Source of the DNA: a virus
Lineage: Duplodnaviria > Heunggongvirae > Uroviricota > Caudoviricetes
Length of the DNA: 27,854 nt
Strand: one strand, 5' to 3'
IMG/VR virus record: IMGVR_UViG_3300032782_000004
This document shows positions 26,435 through 27,854 of the stretch, piece by piece (positions within the stretch are counted from its first letter, which is position 1; the number at the start of each line of letters is the position of its first letter). The notes below the pieces were generated by a model. That model did not search any database, was not told the DNA's origin, and saw only the letters and a list, made by a program, of their open reading frames with translations. The position numbers were made by a program, and so were the translations under genes.

Positions 26435-27238
26435 TTTGCCGCCTCCATAGCTCTGTGTGCGGTGTTCAAGAACCTGTCCTCTGACATGTTTGTGGGGCAA
26501 GCCTCTGCACGCTTCAAGAGCAGCGCGTACACGTCGGGATCGAGCGCGCACTTCTCGGTCGCATGTACATCGAACACTCGCTTTCGGTCGGAGCGACCAG
26601 CCGTCTGGGATCCGCCCGTCAAACGGCTTAGAGTAGGTTTCCGAGTCAGGCATACCGCCCCACTTCTGCACGAAATAAAGCCGAGATTGTTCGATCGCGA
26701 CGGCCATCCAGTCGGGGCGCCCGAGAGCGTTGAAAGTCGTCCAACAGCCGGCATGTTGCACCGGCTCGGAGCAATTCCAAGTGCCGCTCACACCGGCGCG
26801 CACGAGACGGACAGCGTAGTCCGAGTCTTCGTAGTACCCGGGCCAAAAGTTTTCGTCGTAGAACCCGACTGTTTGCGTGCACTCCGGCGTCTGCCCGAAA
26901 AGGCACCAGCCGTTTCCAACAATTCGATGAGTCTCGAGATCACGTGTCATTTCCTCGAAGGTGCGCTCGCCGAGGACGACGTCGTCGTTCGCGATGACAA
27001 TCGGTTCGCCGAGCTCGAGCATCTTGTTCCAAGACGCTGCAACGCCGATATTCTCATCGGGGATGACGGCGTGGATCTTCGAGCGCCACGGACGATTTGG
27101 AAGCGATGACAGATCGCCGCCGTTGAACACGATCACGTAGCCGCTCGGCGCCAACGATCCGCGTTCGGCCGATTCGATCAGACGGACGAGCCCCTCGAAA
27201 TTGACGAGAACCGGAACGCCGAGCTTCACCGGTCGCAA
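26431..27238 (-). CDS. GT2-family glycosyltransferase (as sequenced, reads through in frame into the next gene)
   Basis: NIGVAASWN, ANDDV, VGFYDENFWPGYYEDSDY. The ORF track gives one 679-aa ORF, 25199-27238. Confidence 0.75.
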
Positions 27239-27294
27239 GTTACAGCCGACTGTCGCGAACTGTCAATCGAAGCGCGACAACCGTCTGTTTCGCG

Positions 27295-27552
27295 TTAGCT
27301 TGGCGGCGGAGGCGCGAGCGGCGTGATGGCACGCAAAGAAATCGCGAAGTCCCGCGGTCGCGACGCGTGCGCCCAACCGCTATACTGCGAATCCCAATGC
27401 GGCGAGGAGGCGCCGCCGGTGTTGGCGCCCACGTTCGCGTTGTTGAGCGCTTCACGCTGAAGCGCCTCGTCGAGCATTTGGCGCGGCGAACCGTTTTCGG
27501 AATGCCCGGACTTGTGCTTCAGGTTTTTCAATTTTCTGCGCATGGGGATCAT
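27295..27552 (-). CDS. Hypothetical protein (85 aa)
   Basis: ATGA-coupled to the upstream membrane protein. Confidence 0.5.
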   Translation of the reverse strand: MIPMRRKLKNLKHKSGHSENGSPRQMLDEALQREALNNANVGANTGGASSPHWDSQYSGWAHASRPRDFAISLRAITPLAPPPPS

Positions 27553-27830
27553 TCCTTGTCGTTCGGATCGCCGAGCAAGTTAAAGAGTATCGCATACGCC
27601 GCCAGGGACAAGAAGCTCGTTGCGGCGCCCGCAATCAAGGCATCGAGAATCCAGCCGTGTCCAGTTGACGCGACGCCGCTCGCGCCGGCCGCGATGCCGA
27701 CCCACATGCCCGTGCATTGCGCGCAATCGAGCAGGCTCGGCCAAAGCGCGCGCAACCGTTTGAGGATCCCCCACGGCCCAACGCCGTTGACGAGAACGAG
27801 CGTTGCGCCGACAAGCGCGATCCAAATCAT
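27549..27830 (-). CDS. Membrane protein, DUF1360-like
   Basis: Hydrophobic segments around LLDCAQCTGMWVG (CxxC-G-x-W). Confidence 0.7.
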   Translation of the reverse strand: MIWIALVGATLVLVNGVGPWGILKRLRALWPSLLDCAQCTGMWVGIAAGASGVASTGHGWILDALIAGAATSFLSLAAYAILFNLLGDPNDKE

Positions 27831-27854
27831 GCGACTACCTGGAACACGGCCCCG

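Larger units (their letters stand above)
1..27854. mobile_element. Bacteriophage/prophage genome segment
   Basis: Phage-like gene set (PolA, Dam, tyrosine recombinase, transglycosylase, collagen-like fibres), chains of small ATGA-coupled ORFs, no bacterial housekeeping genes. Element ends are not visible. Confidence 0.85.

Overview
GC-rich phage or prophage segment. No capsid, portal, terminase or cas gene is visible in the window. The left arm (+ strand) carries a family A DNA polymerase split over two frames, a Dam-type adenine methylase, small coupled ORFs and a Ro60/Rsr (TROVE-vWA) gene. Downstream of Ro60 (5295-6260) is a largely non-coding block with two tandem Y-RNA-like stem-loops showing compensatory changes, a small HTH gene, a hairpin-dense segment ending in an anti-repeat, and a CRISPR-like mini-array (four 35-36 nt repeats, 38-40 nt spacers). 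This block is the best candidate for an undescribed system. Next come a Cre/Xer-like tyrosine recombinase with a dif/lox-like inverted-repeat site just upstream and several small + strand ORFs. The rest is a long - strand virion/fibre module (three Gly-X-Thr collagen-like proteins, LamG/Ig-like proteins, GH16, GH99-like, lytic transglycosylase) preceded by a glycosyltransferase/methyltransferase cluster. Several apparent single-base frameshifts suggest assembly indels or gene decay. All family calls are by motif recognition; no database search was run.
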